DNA of 64,000 nt. It comes from a virus. The notes below the pieces were generated by a model. That model was not told the origin of the DNA and ran no database searches. It saw only the letters and a program-made list of their open reading frames with translations. Every line of letters starts with the position of its first letter. The first letter of the stretch is position 1. The stretch lies in the IMG/VR virus record IMGVR_UViG_3300036770_008686, positions 1-64,000 of that record. One strand, written 5' to 3'. Made by a program: the position numbers and the translations under genes. Of this stretch, positions 19,551 to 29,219 are shown piece by piece.

Positions 19551-20358
19551 TAATAGGCGTTATCTTTGCCGTATTGTTTATAGACTTTCTATTTCCTTTG
19601 CCTTGATATAATACTTTTTTCCCATCTGGTGTTTCGCTAATCAAAAAATATGTTGAGACATTTTTTTTCGAAACTTCATCAACCTGAGCATAGGTCAACC
19701 ATTCTTCGGATTGAAAAACTCTATAGTTATAGACACTTTCTTGAAAATTTTTAACATAGTATTGATACACATGATTACTTAATTTTTTTCCGGTGCTCAA
19801 TAATACAACATCGATTTCTTTTTTACCGCTTATTTTTAATTTATGGGTGGGTTTCCAAGAATAAAAGTTTTGAGAAAAGTTTTCATCGCTGCTAAACCCT
19901 GCAAGTTTGACAGCAAGTTTGAACTCTTTAATATCACTTTCATTTTTTAAAAGAGATAAATAGTTTATTATTTGGTTGCTTTTAATTATGTATTTTTCAA
20001 TCTCTTTCCACCTTCCTTTAACAACGTATTTGGAATAGAAAACTAAAATACTAGGATCGAATTGGTTTTTCATCCAAGTTTTTTCGCCAAAATAAACATT
20101 TTCACATATTTCTAATATTTTGTTTTCACCAATTTTCCATCTTTTTTTTATTACATTTTTAATGTAAAGACATAAAAACCGTATGTCAGAAGGAATGTCG
20201 TAGGGAAGATATAACAATCTATCTTCGTATCTTTTCCATCTTTTTTTCAAAATATTTTTAGAATATTCATAAGAATACTTTTTGTTTTCAAGAATAAAGG
20301 GCTCCAATTTTGGTTGAGGCTCAGATATTCTTTCGTATATTTTATGTACAAAAAACAT
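19543..20358 (-). CDS. YxxxV(L/I)KxRW repeat family protein
   Basis: YSKNILKKRW, YIKNVIKKRW, YSKYVVKGRW repeats. Confidence 0.7.
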   Translation of the reverse strand: MFFVHKIYERISEPQPKLEPFILENKKYSYEYSKNILKKRWKRYEDRLLYLPYDIPSDIRFLCLYIKNVIKKRWKIGENKILEICENVYFGEKTWMKNQFDPSILVFYSKYVVKGRWKEIEKYIIKSNQIINYLSLLKNESDIKEFKLAVKLAGFSSDENFSQNFYSWKPTHKLKISGKKEIDVVLLSTGKKLSNHVYQYYVKNFQESVYNYRVFQSEEWLTYAQVDEVSKKNVSTYFLISETPDGKKVLYQGKGNRKSINNTAKITPINV

Positions 20359-20359
20359 A

Positions 20360-21418
20360 TTAAAATGGAGTTTTTAGTTGAGAAACTTCTTCGTGCTTTT
20401 TAGTCCACTGTTCTTTCGACCAATCCAAATCATAGCTTTCGTTTAATTTGTGCAACTCTGCAATAGTGTCAAAAATTATTCTATAAAAAGATCCGTCTTT
20501 ATAGTTGTACTCTTTTCTAAAATCTTTTAATTTATAACAATTAGCCAATGCAAGAGTCGCATTGTTTATTTCAAAGTGAGCCAGCTTTAATATTGTAGAA
20601 GGAAGCTTATTTAAATAACTAATTAAATCAATAGGATTATTAGCATTTATATAGTTTTCTTTGCTAGGCGAGGGCTTACGAATGCTCTTAAGTTGCATCT
20701 CTGGTAGTTTACATAAATCATTTTTAGACTTAATAGAAATTAACCTATTTTTGCTAAAGCTGTTTTCACACAATTTTTTCCACAAACTTTTTGGAAAATA
20801 TTTTTCTAGTTCGTTTGTTCTCATTCCTGAGTAAAAAACAAATGGAATCATATTACATTGATTATTTCTTTTTGTTTCATTTAAAAGTTCTATATTTTTA
20901 TGGAGCAAATGAACACTGTTTTCGTCTATGCAAAGAAATCCTACTTTTTTGAAATTTTCTATTCTAAATCTTTTTGAATAGCAAAACTGGGAAAAGTAGG
21001 GCTTTATTTCCCATATATCTCTCATTATTTGATTAAATATTTTTCTAAATACAGCCGCCCTTATTCCATACTTTTTATAAAAACCAACATACATTAGTTT
21101 TTTATATTCTTTGTGATATTTTTCTCTCAATACGTTACTATGCTGCCATTCATTTTGGCGAGTCATAAAAACATCAAGCGTAGAACTGTTTTTACCAAGA
21201 GTATTTAAACAATAATCTTCAAAAGACTCTATTTGATAGGTGCCAGCAAACATCTCGCAAACAACTTTTGTTTGTGAGATGAAATTAAATTCACTCCAAC
21301 TTCTTTCTAAACCTTCTGATTGAAACACAAGAGTGTTATCCTCCCTGAATAACTTGCTCTTGTACTTAGAAAGATCTATAGTCATAAGGAGTGTCTTGGT
21401 CTGTTGGTAATTCCTCAT
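20360..21418 (-). CDS. Hypothetical protein
   Basis: 352 aa ORF. Confidence 0.65.
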   Translation of the reverse strand: MRNYQQTKTLLMTIDLSKYKSKLFREDNTLVFQSEGLERSWSEFNFISQTKVVCEMFAGTYQIESFEDYCLNTLGKNSSTLDVFMTRQNEWQHSNVLREKYHKEYKKLMYVGFYKKYGIRAAVFRKIFNQIMRDIWEIKPYFSQFCYSKRFRIENFKKVGFLCIDENSVHLLHKNIELLNETKRNNQCNMIPFVFYSGMRTNELEKYFPKSLWKKLCENSFSKNRLISIKSKNDLCKLPEMQLKSIRKPSPSKENYINANNPIDLISYLNKLPSTILKLAHFEINNATLALANCYKLKDFRKEYNYKDGSFYRIIFDTIAELHKLNESYDLDWSKEQWTKKHEEVSQLKTPF

Positions 21419-21472
21419 ACAAATCAGATTCGTTTTCTAAGTAAGGACTAACTTCTGGATATATCATTCTAA

Positions 21473-21545
21473 ATGCCCGGGCTGGAGTCGAACCAGCAAC
21501 CTAGGGAACCAAAATCCCTTGCTCTACCAATTAAGCTACCGGGCA
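21473..21545 (-). tRNA. tRNA-Gln(UUG)
   Basis: U1-A72 acceptor TGCCCGG/CCGGGCA; AGGGA-TTTTGGT-TCCCT. Confidence 0.9.
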
Positions 21546-21576
21546 AAATAACAACAAAAATATTATAGAACAAAAA

Positions 21577-21861
21577 CTAGATTTTTGGAAGAGTTTTTTC
21601 CTCTTCTTTAAGAGGAGGATCAATTTTATTGATTCCGGTGCTCATTTCGGTGTAAATCAAATTTTTTCTACACAAATCAATACTCTCATAAACCGCTTCA
21701 TTGAGTTTTTTATGATCTTTCAAAGAACGCTCTAAATTGGTGCGAATTGTTGCCAAAACTTTGATAAGATCGCAATTACGCTCAGCAACCCTTCTACTTT
21801 TCTCTTCTTGTTGGTTTATATAAGATTGAATATTATTAATTGATTCTAAGACGTTCATCAT
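21577..21861 (-). CDS. Hypothetical coiled-coil protein
   Basis: ORF tiling. Confidence 0.6.
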   Translation of the reverse strand: MMNVLESINNIQSYINQQEEKSRRVAERNCDLIKVLATIRTNLERSLKDHKKLNEAVYESIDLCRKNLIYTEMSTGINKIDPPLKEEEKTLPKI

Positions 21862-21862
21862 A

Positions 21863-22096
21863 TCAATCTCCGGATATATTTTTAAAATAATATTCTGTTA
21901 TTATCTCTTTTACCTTGAAAGCAGCAGTTGTCAAGTGAACATTTTCATAAAAAGATTCTTCTATGCAAGATTCTACTTGGCTTGTTGCCAATAAAGGAAG
22001 TGGATAAAGATCTTCATGAAGGGTGTTTTGTGACCATTCATTTTCATAATACCAATCTACAAGATTTTTGTAATCTTCAAAACATTCAATATTCAT
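21863..22096 (-). CDS. Hypothetical protein
   Basis: ORF tiling. Confidence 0.55.
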   Translation of the reverse strand: MNIECFEDYKNLVDWYYENEWSQNTLHEDLYPLPLLATSQVESCIEESFYENVHLTTAAFKVKEIITEYYFKNISGD

Positions 22097-22105
22097 TTTT
22101 ATCTT

Positions 22106-22432
22106 TCAAAAAAACAAATCTTCTTCCTTGGACTCAGTAGGATTAGAAAAACTTTCCTCTTTAGTTGTTTCCTCTTTTTCAATTTCTCCAAGAAGTTTGC
22201 TAACAAGAGACTTAGCAGCACACACATTCATTCCAGAAGATGAATTCTTGGAAAGATCAGGCAAATCAATTCCCATATTACGAAACTTTTTAGCCTTAAC
22301 ACTCACAGCAGCAGGAGTGACACCAAGTTGACGAGCAATATCAGATTGGTTCTTGCCAGTCTTATAAGCATCAATCCAAATAGTGATAAAGTTTTCCATG
22401 TCAATACCAGAACCAGCAACAGGACGACCCAT
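22106..22432 (-). CDS. Helix-turn-helix DNA-binding protein
   Basis: QSDIARQLGVTPAAVS classic HTH. Confidence 0.8.
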   Translation of the reverse strand: MGRPVAGSGIDMENFITIWIDAYKTGKNQSDIARQLGVTPAAVSVKAKKFRNMGIDLPDLSKNSSSGMNVCAAKSLVSKLLGEIEKEETTKEESFSNPTESKEEDLFF

Positions 22433-22504
22433 AAATTCACCTTTACTGTAGAAGATTTTTCCCGACGACCGGACAAGAGAGAGACGTACCGACCCTGTAA
22501 CCAG

Positions 22505-22969
22505 CTAAATAGCTTTTTTCTGTTCTTTAAAGCTAAAAAGTTTCATTCTTTTATAATCATAAATTATTTCTAAAAAAATGTAATCACACTTATTATCGTT
22601 TTGAATTTTTGAATTATGTAACTGTCTAATATTTACTGCTGGTTCGTCTACTATTACATTGCAGCAATTCCAATAGTAACGCTTAGGTATTACTTTAAAG
22701 CCACTTATAGACACAAACTTTTGATAGGCGTTTTCGTCATCAGTAAAATTTAAAAAAAATTTAAAATCAAAAGGATTGTACTTCATCATTTCTGACAAAA
22801 CAACTGGATAATTCTTTATTTCAATTAAATTATGTTTTGTTTTTTCTTTTTTTATTTCGTTTATTATTTCTTCCCCAATGTTTAAAGTTTCAAAATCAAC
22901 CCTTTCTTTTTCAATTTCAACAAAAGGGGTTATTCCTGTTATTAACTCGAGCACCTTAAATTTTGGCAC
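22505..22969 (-). CDS. Hypothetical protein
   Basis: ORF tiling. Confidence 0.55.
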   Translation of the reverse strand: MPKFKVLELITGITPFVEIEKERVDFETLNIGEEIINEIKKEKTKHNLIEIKNYPVVLSEMMKYNPFDFKFFLNFTDDENAYQKFVSISGFKVIPKRYYWNCCNVIVDEPAVNIRQLHNSKIQNDNKCDYIFLEIIYDYKRMKLFSFKEQKKAI

Positions 22970-22988
22970 AACTTACACCTTTTTTGGT

Positions 22989-23357
22989 TTAGATATTTTG
23001 CTTCACTTTGAAGTTGTTTAAAGTTTTGTTTATTCTATACCAATTCTTGGTTTGACAATTAAACACATAACCTTTACCTAGGCTACAAGAGCTACTCCCT
23101 CCATCTGAATAGTTGTACGTCAAATGTAGGTCGTGAATAATATATTTATCATCTTTTTCTTTTATTAAGTTAAAACTACTAAACCTACAATTTACAAAAG
23201 TATGTTTAAATATTCCTAAATCTTTTATAAGGAAGTCTGTGCTTGTTAATAAGATTCCTTTTGGACGAACTTGAATTGATAAAGAAACTTCTACTCCAAA
23301 ATCCTCTTTCAGCAGCAATTCTAGTTGACTAAGATTTAATTCGGGTTTATTCATCAA
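22989..23357 (-). CDS. Hypothetical protein
   Basis: ORF tiling. Confidence 0.55.
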   Translation of the reverse strand: MMNKPELNLSQLELLLKEDFGVEVSLSIQVRPKGILLTSTDFLIKDLGIFKHTFVNCRFSSFNLIKEKDDKYIIHDLHLTYNYSDGGSSSCSLGKGYVFNCQTKNWYRINKTLNNFKVKQNI

Positions 23358-23571
23358 GAAGTTTTCTTGCTAAGCCTAAAAGCCTTTCTGCCCTCTGTAA
23401 CTCGTCTCTATCCATTTTAATGAAGCCCTTACCAATACCGGTGGAATAAATGCTCAGAGCATTTACAATAGTTTTAATGTCGTATTTATTTTCTTTGCTT
23501 AAAAAGTTGAATAATTTTTGAAGAACATCTTCATTCATAAACTCTAGTTCCTTTGCTTTGCAAAGATCCAA
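23347..23571 (-). CDS. Hypothetical protein
   Basis: ORF tiling. Confidence 0.5.
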   Translation of the reverse strand: MDLCKAKELEFMNEDVLQKLFNFLSKENKYDIKTIVNALSIYSTGIGKGFIKMDRDELQRAERLLGLARKLLDE

Positions 23572-23920
23572 CTTTTTTTTCTACAACAACAAAATATTCT
23601 TCTTCTCCATCTACTTCTGGTAGGTAATCAGCCTCTAAGCCTCTTGCCTCTAGCCAATCAAGTTCGTTGCTGCATTTTTCACTAAAAGACTTTTTTGCTT
23701 CAAAGTTTAAATCTTTAGCATATTCCTGTACTTTCTCTAAAGCAAAATTAGCCTCTTCTAAGGTTGAATATTGTTTGTAAGCTTCTAAATGAGTGTCGCT
23801 TCCCCACCAACCACCTTCTTCTGGTCCTCCGTAATAAGGAACTTTTACATAAAGAGAAACAAAAAAAGATTCTGGTGTTTTTGCATCGTTGCAAATTTTG
23901 TAAAAACTTTCTTTGATCAT
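23531..23920 (-). CDS. Hypothetical phage protein
   Basis: YGGPEEGGWW motif. Confidence 0.65.
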   Translation of the reverse strand: MIKESFYKICNDAKTPESFFVSLYVKVPYYGGPEEGGWWGSDTHLEAYKQYSTLEEANFALEKVQEYAKDLNFEAKKSFSEKCSNELDWLEARGLEADYLPEVDGEEEYFVVVEKKVGSLQSKGTRVYE

Positions 23921-23977
23921 TTTAACCTTCCAAATTAGTGAGTTTGATCATTTTAACCTTCCAAATTAGTGAGTTTG
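23912..23977. repeat. 31-bp tandem duplication at a gene junction
   Basis: TTTGATCATTTTAACCTTCCAAATTAGTGAG at 23912 and 23943. Confidence 0.95.
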
Positions 23978-24841
23978 TAACTCTTGAAAACTACCTAAAT
24001 ATTTGTAATAATGTGGTCTTTCATACCATTTTTCAAAAAAATCTTTAAAGTTGTTCACAATTTCTTCAACTTGATTGTCTGGCATTTTTATATCGTAAAC
24101 TAAAAACTCTATTTCACGATTAAAACTCTCCTCGCTAATATTATAGTCTTCTTCCATTTCTAGATACCGACTATTAATATTACTAGTACTGGTTTTAATA
24201 GGGTGTGGCTTAATTCCAAAAACCTTAGCTAATTTAATACAATCGCTAATAGCCATTATTGTGGAGAAATCTGTTGAGTCTGGTGTTATGATAATGTCTT
24301 GAAATTCACCATAAATTTCTTCAAATTTGACTTTATTGTTTAAAAAATTATTTAAAGCTTTTTTTTGGCCACAATAATTATTATGAGTCAAATATTCATT
24401 TAATATTTGCTCACGATCCATTAAGCTTTTTGTAAAATCTAGCCTCATCTCTGAACCTCCGCCCCTAAATTCAGCAATTTTATAATTAACTTTACACAAG
24501 TAAGCATACACAATTACAAATGAATTAAAACCTAAATATTTTATAAAGTTTTTTGGTATATACCAACTATCTTCATATGCACACCCTTCTTCCTCTGCTT
24601 GTGATTCTATCCAAACTTTAACCAACGCAGCAAGATTTTCACAAGTCAAAGAAAACCAACCATGAAGATCATTAGTTTCTTTATCTTTTTTGCATTGTTT
24701 TTTAAATTTTTTAGAATCAAAATTTAAATCTGATATTGGTCTTTTGCCTGCTAATACTTGATCTATTAGGCTGATTTTTTCTTCGTCTAGGCTGCGGCCA
24801 TCAGTAGTTATTAGATCAAAATGTGCTGGAAGATCGTTCAT
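23966..24841 (-). CDS. Hypothetical protein
   Basis: 291 aa ORF. Confidence 0.65.
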   Translation of the reverse strand: MNDLPAHFDLITTDGRSLDEEKISLIDQVLAGKRPISDLNFDSKKFKKQCKKDKETNDLHGWFSLTCENLAALVKVWIESQAEEEGCAYEDSWYIPKNFIKYLGFNSFVIVYAYLCKVNYKIAEFRGGGSEMRLDFTKSLMDREQILNEYLTHNNYCGQKKALNNFLNNKVKFEEIYGEFQDIIITPDSTDFSTIMAISDCIKLAKVFGIKPHPIKTSTSNINSRYLEMEEDYNISEESFNREIEFLVYDIKMPDNQVEEIVNNFKDFFEKWYERPHYYKYLGSFQELQTH

Positions 24842-24853
24842 GAAACTTTAACT

Positions 24854-25426
24854 CTAGTTAAGATGAATATTTGACAGATCAAATATCGCTGTTTTGATTT
24901 GCTCGCTTAAATTAATATTTTGTCCATAATTTCTTAAATTAAGAGATGTGGGCAAAAAAGGAATATCATTCTTTTGAAAAGAATAATCATCATAATCTTT
25001 TTCACTACACATATCAAATCTTTCTAGTTTAACTTCCCCTTCATTATCTATATAAAATATTTCCCATCCATAAAAATAAGCATCGGGGTGAACAAAATTA
25101 TCGCTATTTGTTTTACTTCCACCCATAAAACGCCAATATGTCCCTATAAGGTCTAAACCAGTCTTTTCTTGTTCGTATGAATCCAAAAATTTTATTACAG
25201 AAAAATATTCACGCAAGTGTTTGGCAGTTTTGTTTTTAGAATTTATTCCAATACATCTAATGTCTGGTTTTAACTCTACACGAATTCCAAAACTTTTTCC
25301 ATCTGGGTCGGCATCAGCCCAATGATATTGCTCAGAAACCAAAATTAAACAATCAATATTTGATTTTTTAAATATTGACTTGATTTTGTTTTCAACTATT
25401 TTTTGGTAATTTTCGAGTGCATTCAT
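24854..25426 (-). CDS. Hypothetical protein
   Basis: 190 aa ORF. Confidence 0.65.
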   Translation of the reverse strand: MNALENYQKIVENKIKSIFKKSNIDCLILVSEQYHWADADPDGKSFGIRVELKPDIRCIGINSKNKTAKHLREYFSVIKFLDSYEQEKTGLDLIGTYWRFMGGSKTNSDNFVHPDAYFYGWEIFYIDNEGEVKLERFDMCSEKDYDDYSFQKNDIPFLPTSLNLRNYGQNINLSEQIKTAIFDLSNIHLN

Positions 25427-25430
25427 AAAT

Positions 25431-25895
25431 TCAGATTTTACTTTTTTTCTGCTCTAGCCAATTAAAAACACTATATTCGCCAACTCTCCTGCCCAATGCC
25501 TGAAAAAGTCCTTCAAGTTTTCTATTAAGTTCCCGCCTTCTAACCTCTACAACATTAAATGGAAGTTCTCCATCACAACTAATATTCTCAGGACTAAGCT
25601 TGTTGTAACAACAAGCAATTGCTTCCAGAATGTGTTGTTCCATTTGATCTTGACAAACGCTATATGCTATAACATCAGATGTTATGGGAGAGTTTATTTC
25701 GACTCCTTCTTCTGCAATAGATAAAAGATTATAAGAAACCCTCCAAACAGTTCCGGCAGTTGTCCTACCTCTATCTTCTTCTGTTCTGACACCTGCGGTT
25801 GTTTTATTTAGTTTTACTATTCTTCCTTTGGTTTTTTCTCCATTCCCTTTACCAAAAACAACTTCCATTCCAATTCGACAATCGGCTTTATTCAT
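25431..25895 (-). CDS. Hypothetical phage protein (SH3-like N-terminus, LSPENxxCDGE motif)
   Basis: GGAG RBS; motif pattern. Confidence 0.65.
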   Translation of the reverse strand: MNKADCRIGMEVVFGKGNGEKTKGRIVKLNKTTAGVRTEEDRGRTTAGTVWRVSYNLLSIAEEGVEINSPITSDVIAYSVCQDQMEQHILEAIACCYNKLSPENISCDGELPFNVVEVRRRELNRKLEGLFQALGRRVGEYSVFNWLEQKKSKI

Positions 25896-25917
25896 GTTAT
25901 CTCCTAAAAAAATTCAA

Positions 25918-26181
25918 CTAATTTTCAAAAATAATCTTTGTTAAGTCTGATCTTTCCATCATGATAGTAGCTTTTCCAGTTTTTTGCCAACTCACCCAAT
26001 TAGAACAATTAGCACACAAAGGCTCGTAATCTTCGCATTGTTCGCCAAAGTAAGTTATCATTTCATCATAGGTCAAATGAAGCTCAACATTGACCCAAAG
26101 AGAACTCGTTCCATAACGTTCGACCATCTTCTTGACTTGTTCTTCGTTCTCTTTGAACTTTGGTTCGTTTTCTTCTTGCAT
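25918..26181 (-). CDS. Hypothetical protein
   Basis: ORF with RBS. Confidence 0.6.
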   Translation of the reverse strand: MQEENEPKFKENEEQVKKMVERYGTSSLWVNVELHLTYDEMITYFGEQCEDYEPLCANCSNWVSWQKTGKATIMMERSDLTKIIFEN

Positions 26182-26274
26182 ATTTTCTGCTTCCTATTAG
26201 AAAATAATTTGTTCTATAGAACAGACGTACCGATTTAGCTTTTTAAATTTTTGCGTATTAAAAACTGGTGGTGC

Positions 26275-26613
26275 TTATGATCTTCTGTGTTTAGTAATGT
26301 TTAGTTGATTATTATTTTTGATCCATCTTTCATAGGAAAAGTTTTTCTTTTTTTCTATTAGCTCTTCAACTTCGGCGTGACAATTTAAACAAAGTAAGTC
26401 ACATTTTTTAAGTTCTCTTTTAATTATTTTCCAAGGTCTTTTTAAGTTGTTTTTTGAAAGACAAAAACTCTTTTCTTCGGGTTTTATGTGATGAAAACTT
26501 AGTGCTCTTTGTGTTTTTTTATATCCACATTTTTTACATTTACCGCCACTTAGTTTTACTATTCTTTTTTTTCTACTTTCTTTTATGCTTTTAGCTTTTC
26601 TTCTATTACTCAT
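26275..26613 (-). CDS. HNH endonuclease
   Basis: CKKCG...FHHIKP...CDLLCLNCH. Confidence 0.88.
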   Translation of the reverse strand: MSNRRKAKSIKESRKKRIVKLSGGKCKKCGYKKTQRALSFHHIKPEEKSFCLSKNNLKRPWKIIKRELKKCDLLCLNCHAEVEELIEKKKNFSYERWIKNNNQLNITKHRRS

Positions 26614-26636
26614 AAAATAATAGAGAGTAAAGCTTT

Positions 26637-26900
26637 CTAATTTCTATTTAAGTAATCCTCTAACTCATACTTGGTTGCAGGAATCATACTAACCAAATCT
26701 TCTTTTTGTAAAATCCATAACCCCAAAGAGTCTTCTAACAAAATGCAATCTGGGGGTTTTATTTCATATGCTTTACAATGAAACTTACCTTCTGTGGGAA
26801 GTTTGGGAAATAATTTCTCATTATCTTCTATTAAATAGCAAACTTCTTCCACAATTTGCTTTTCTTGATTTAAATACTTTATTCTAACTATTTCAGCCAT
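26637..26900 (-). CDS. Hypothetical protein
   Basis: ORF tiling. Confidence 0.55.
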   Translation of the reverse strand: MAEIVRIKYLNQEKQIVEEVCYLIEDNEKLFPKLPTEGKFHCKAYEIKPPDCILLEDSLGLWILQKEDLVSMIPATKYELEDYLNRN

Positions 26901-27222
26901 TTTGATAAGCTTTTTTCCAGCTTTCCATAAAACTAATTATGTTGTTTTTTCCTATAGGGTTTGCAGAATGTACATAGTAGGAAGGAATTTCTGTTTTTTC
27001 GTCCCAATAATTATATAGTTTTTTTAAGAACACCATAACGGTATCATCGCCACCAAGATCATGGTCGAAACTAAAATGATAAGGCATCCCATTTTTTTTA
27101 ATGTAATTCAAAGCCTCATCTGTGGATCTACAAACCACATAATCTTTATCTTGTGGATGACGCTCATCGTCTAGAAACATTTTATATTCCATTTTATTAA
27201 CAGTCCTCTGCACAGTTTCCAA
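26893..27222 (-). CDS. Cyclic-phosphate processing receiver-like domain protein
   Basis: MFLDDER, SFDHDLG, VHSANPIG signature. Confidence 0.75.
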   Translation of the reverse strand: METVQRTVNKMEYKMFLDDERHPQDKDYVVCRSTDEALNYIKKNGMPYHFSFDHDLGGDDTVMVFLKKLYNYWDEKTEIPSYYVHSANPIGKNNIISFMESWKKAYQNG

Positions 27223-28324
27223 TCAATCCTTGAGGAGAAAAATAAGATCTATCGCACACACAGTTTCCAACCGGGGATATTGCTTCCATTACTTTTATTT
27301 TTTGTTGTTGTCCACCACAATCAACTTCCATGTAAAGTTCTGCTGCTGGGTCTTTTGAAGTTTTAAGCAAATTCAGCAGTTTTGTTTTTAGTAATTTATA
27401 GAAAACATCTTTTTTATCGCCTGCTTGCTTTTTGGCAGCATCTATAATTATTTTAGTTTTTTTATCATCTAAAATTTTATCATTTGGAAAATTTGGTTGA
27501 CTTACTGTGATTATTAGTTTGGGATTGCCTCCGCCATTTAAGCAATTATTGTATTGTTCGTTTATGTTTTCGAGAGCACCTTCAACATCGGCATCTAATT
27601 CACAAACTGTTTTTCTTCCATCTTTTCCTTTTTTACCCAATAATACACCTTTTGGTTTTTGCTTTTGCTCGGGCGGTGGCGGCAATCTTTCTAAAGGATT
27701 ATTTGGGTTTAAAGCAATTGGATTCCCTTGACCATCAACTTCCCGCTCCTCAGTAACAGGATCTAATTTGTATAAGTTGCCATCTATTGGATCTTTTTCA
27801 AAAAATACCATCTGACCATTAACGACAATTCCTATTTTATTTCCGATTTGGACACCAACCCAACCCGGACCAGATATTGGAGTTGCCCCTGGTGGTAACT
27901 GTACTTGTTGTGGGCTTAATATTAAGCCATAATCTTCAGGTTCAATTGCTGTTATTTCTTCTCCGGAAAAAACATTAGTTCCAAGTATTAATGGTTCTCC
28001 TGTCTCAAAACCAACAGAAGGAGAGACTATCGTTGTGTAAATAAGAGAAATAGTGGTGTTTGAAAAAGGTTCTATATTAAGCTGTATAGGATTAGGTTGT
28101 CCGCAACTCGCCTCATTCACGGCAACAGAACCGTCCTGACAACAATGTCCATTAAAATAGGGCCAAATTTTTTCTCCACATGTAGTATAGCCTTCTACTT
28201 GATCTAAGTCCAAAATTATATCATCTAAACTTGCTTGAAAGCCAAGATCAAAATTTTGTTTTAGATATAAAGTTATACTTAAATTTTCATTTTTTGGATT
28301 TATAATTTTAACATCAAAATTCAC
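27197..28324 (-). CDS. Hypothetical (possibly virion) protein; frame stays open to 28471
   Basis: 375 aa ORF plus 49 open codons upstream with no ATG. Confidence 0.7.
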   Translation of the reverse strand: MNFDVKIINPKNENLSITLYLKQNFDLGFQASLDDIILDLDQVEGYTTCGEKIWPYFNGHCCQDGSVAVNEASCGQPNPIQLNIEPFSNTTISLIYTTIVSPSVGFETGEPLILGTNVFSGEEITAIEPEDYGLILSPQQVQLPPGATPISGPGWVGVQIGNKIGIVVNGQMVFFEKDPIDGNLYKLDPVTEEREVDGQGNPIALNPNNPLERLPPPPEQKQKPKGVLLGKKGKDGRKTVCELDADVEGALENINEQYNNCLNGGGNPKLIITVSQPNFPNDKILDDKKTKIIIDAAKKQAGDKKDVFYKLLKTKLLNLLKTSKDPAAELYMEVDCGGQQQKIKVMEAISPVGNCVCDRSYFSPQGLIGNCAEDC

Positions 28325-28467
28325 AATTTCATTTATTTGTGGATTTTTTTTGCTTACTGTATACTGGTATCCTGCGTTATACTCGTTTTCATTAAGAAAC
28401 AGAGAAAAATTTCTCTCTGGATTATTATAACTGTATGCTATGGCATAGTCATAATCTTGTGGTACTA

Positions 28468-28854
28468 TTATTTTTTTTTTAAATCGCTATAGTAAACACT
28501 TGAATTTGTGTCAAAAAAATCATTTGTATTTAGGGACCAGCCATTTTCAGACAAAAGATTACTACTTAAAACTTCAGTTCTACAATAATCTTCTGGATCA
28601 ACTGCTCCCGGTATTTCGTAGCCAAGTTGGCCGGGTTTTGTAAAAATCAAATAAACATTATCGCTCTCTAACCTTGAAAATTGAGATCCAAATACATTAT
28701 CTGGCACATATGCTTGAAAAGTGCTTCCTACTGGTTGCTGCACTCTGAATATTTTGAATATTTTTTCTTTTATTTCAGCGGGCAAGCTATTCAAAGTCAA
28801 ACTGCTTTGACCGCAATTAAATACTATAAATTGTTGTGGTTTGGCTATTATCAT
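28468..28854 (-). CDS. Hypothetical protein; candidate N-terminal part of a frameshifted gene
   Basis: Ends GAT TTA AAA AAA AAA TAA; TATAAATG upstream. Confidence 0.7.
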   Translation of the reverse strand: MIIAKPQQFIVFNCGQSSLTLNSLPAEIKEKIFKIFRVQQPVGSTFQAYVPDNVFGSQFSRLESDNVYLIFTKPGQLGYEIPGAVDPEDYCRTEVLSSNLLSENGWSLNTNDFFDTNSSVYYSDLKKK

Positions 28855-29219
28855 ACATTTATATATGATTTAGCTTCTATATTTTTTAGATCGTTTTTAA
28901 ACAATTTTAAAGTTTTGGAGTTTATCTGCTCCGAAACTTCTTGAAGTTCTTCTTTTAGCTTTTTTTTCTTTGTTTTAAGCTCTTCTAGTTTTTCGTTTTC
29001 TTTAATTTTTAATCGTTCTTCAAATTTTTCAACACATTTTGATATAGAATGTAGTGAGTCGTGATTTTCCCAAAAATTAGGACTAAGTCTTATTACTTCT
29101 GATACTACTTCGCCATATTCAAAATTGCACAAAGAAACTCTATAGCCGCTAACATGGTTCGTGATAACTATTCTATTATCATTGGAATTCAAAAAATCTT
29201 TAATAACTTTATTCATCAA
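28851..29219 (-). CDS. Hypothetical coiled-coil protein
   Basis: ORF tiling. Confidence 0.6.
   Translation of the reverse strand: MMNKVIKDFLNSNDNRIVITNHVSGYRVSLCNFEYGEVVSEVIRLSPNFWENHDSLHSISKCVEKFEERLKIKENEKLEELKTKKKKLKEELQEVSEQINSKTLKLFKNDLKNIEAKSYINV

Noticed and set aside
23912-23977. Possible mini-CRISPR array (also 51559-51666)
   Set aside because: The copies are directly adjacent with no spacers and duplicate coding or junction sequence; no cas genes seen.
26266-26274. GCACCACCA resembling a tRNA 3' end after HNH 26275
   Set aside because: No T arm or other cloverleaf elements nearby.
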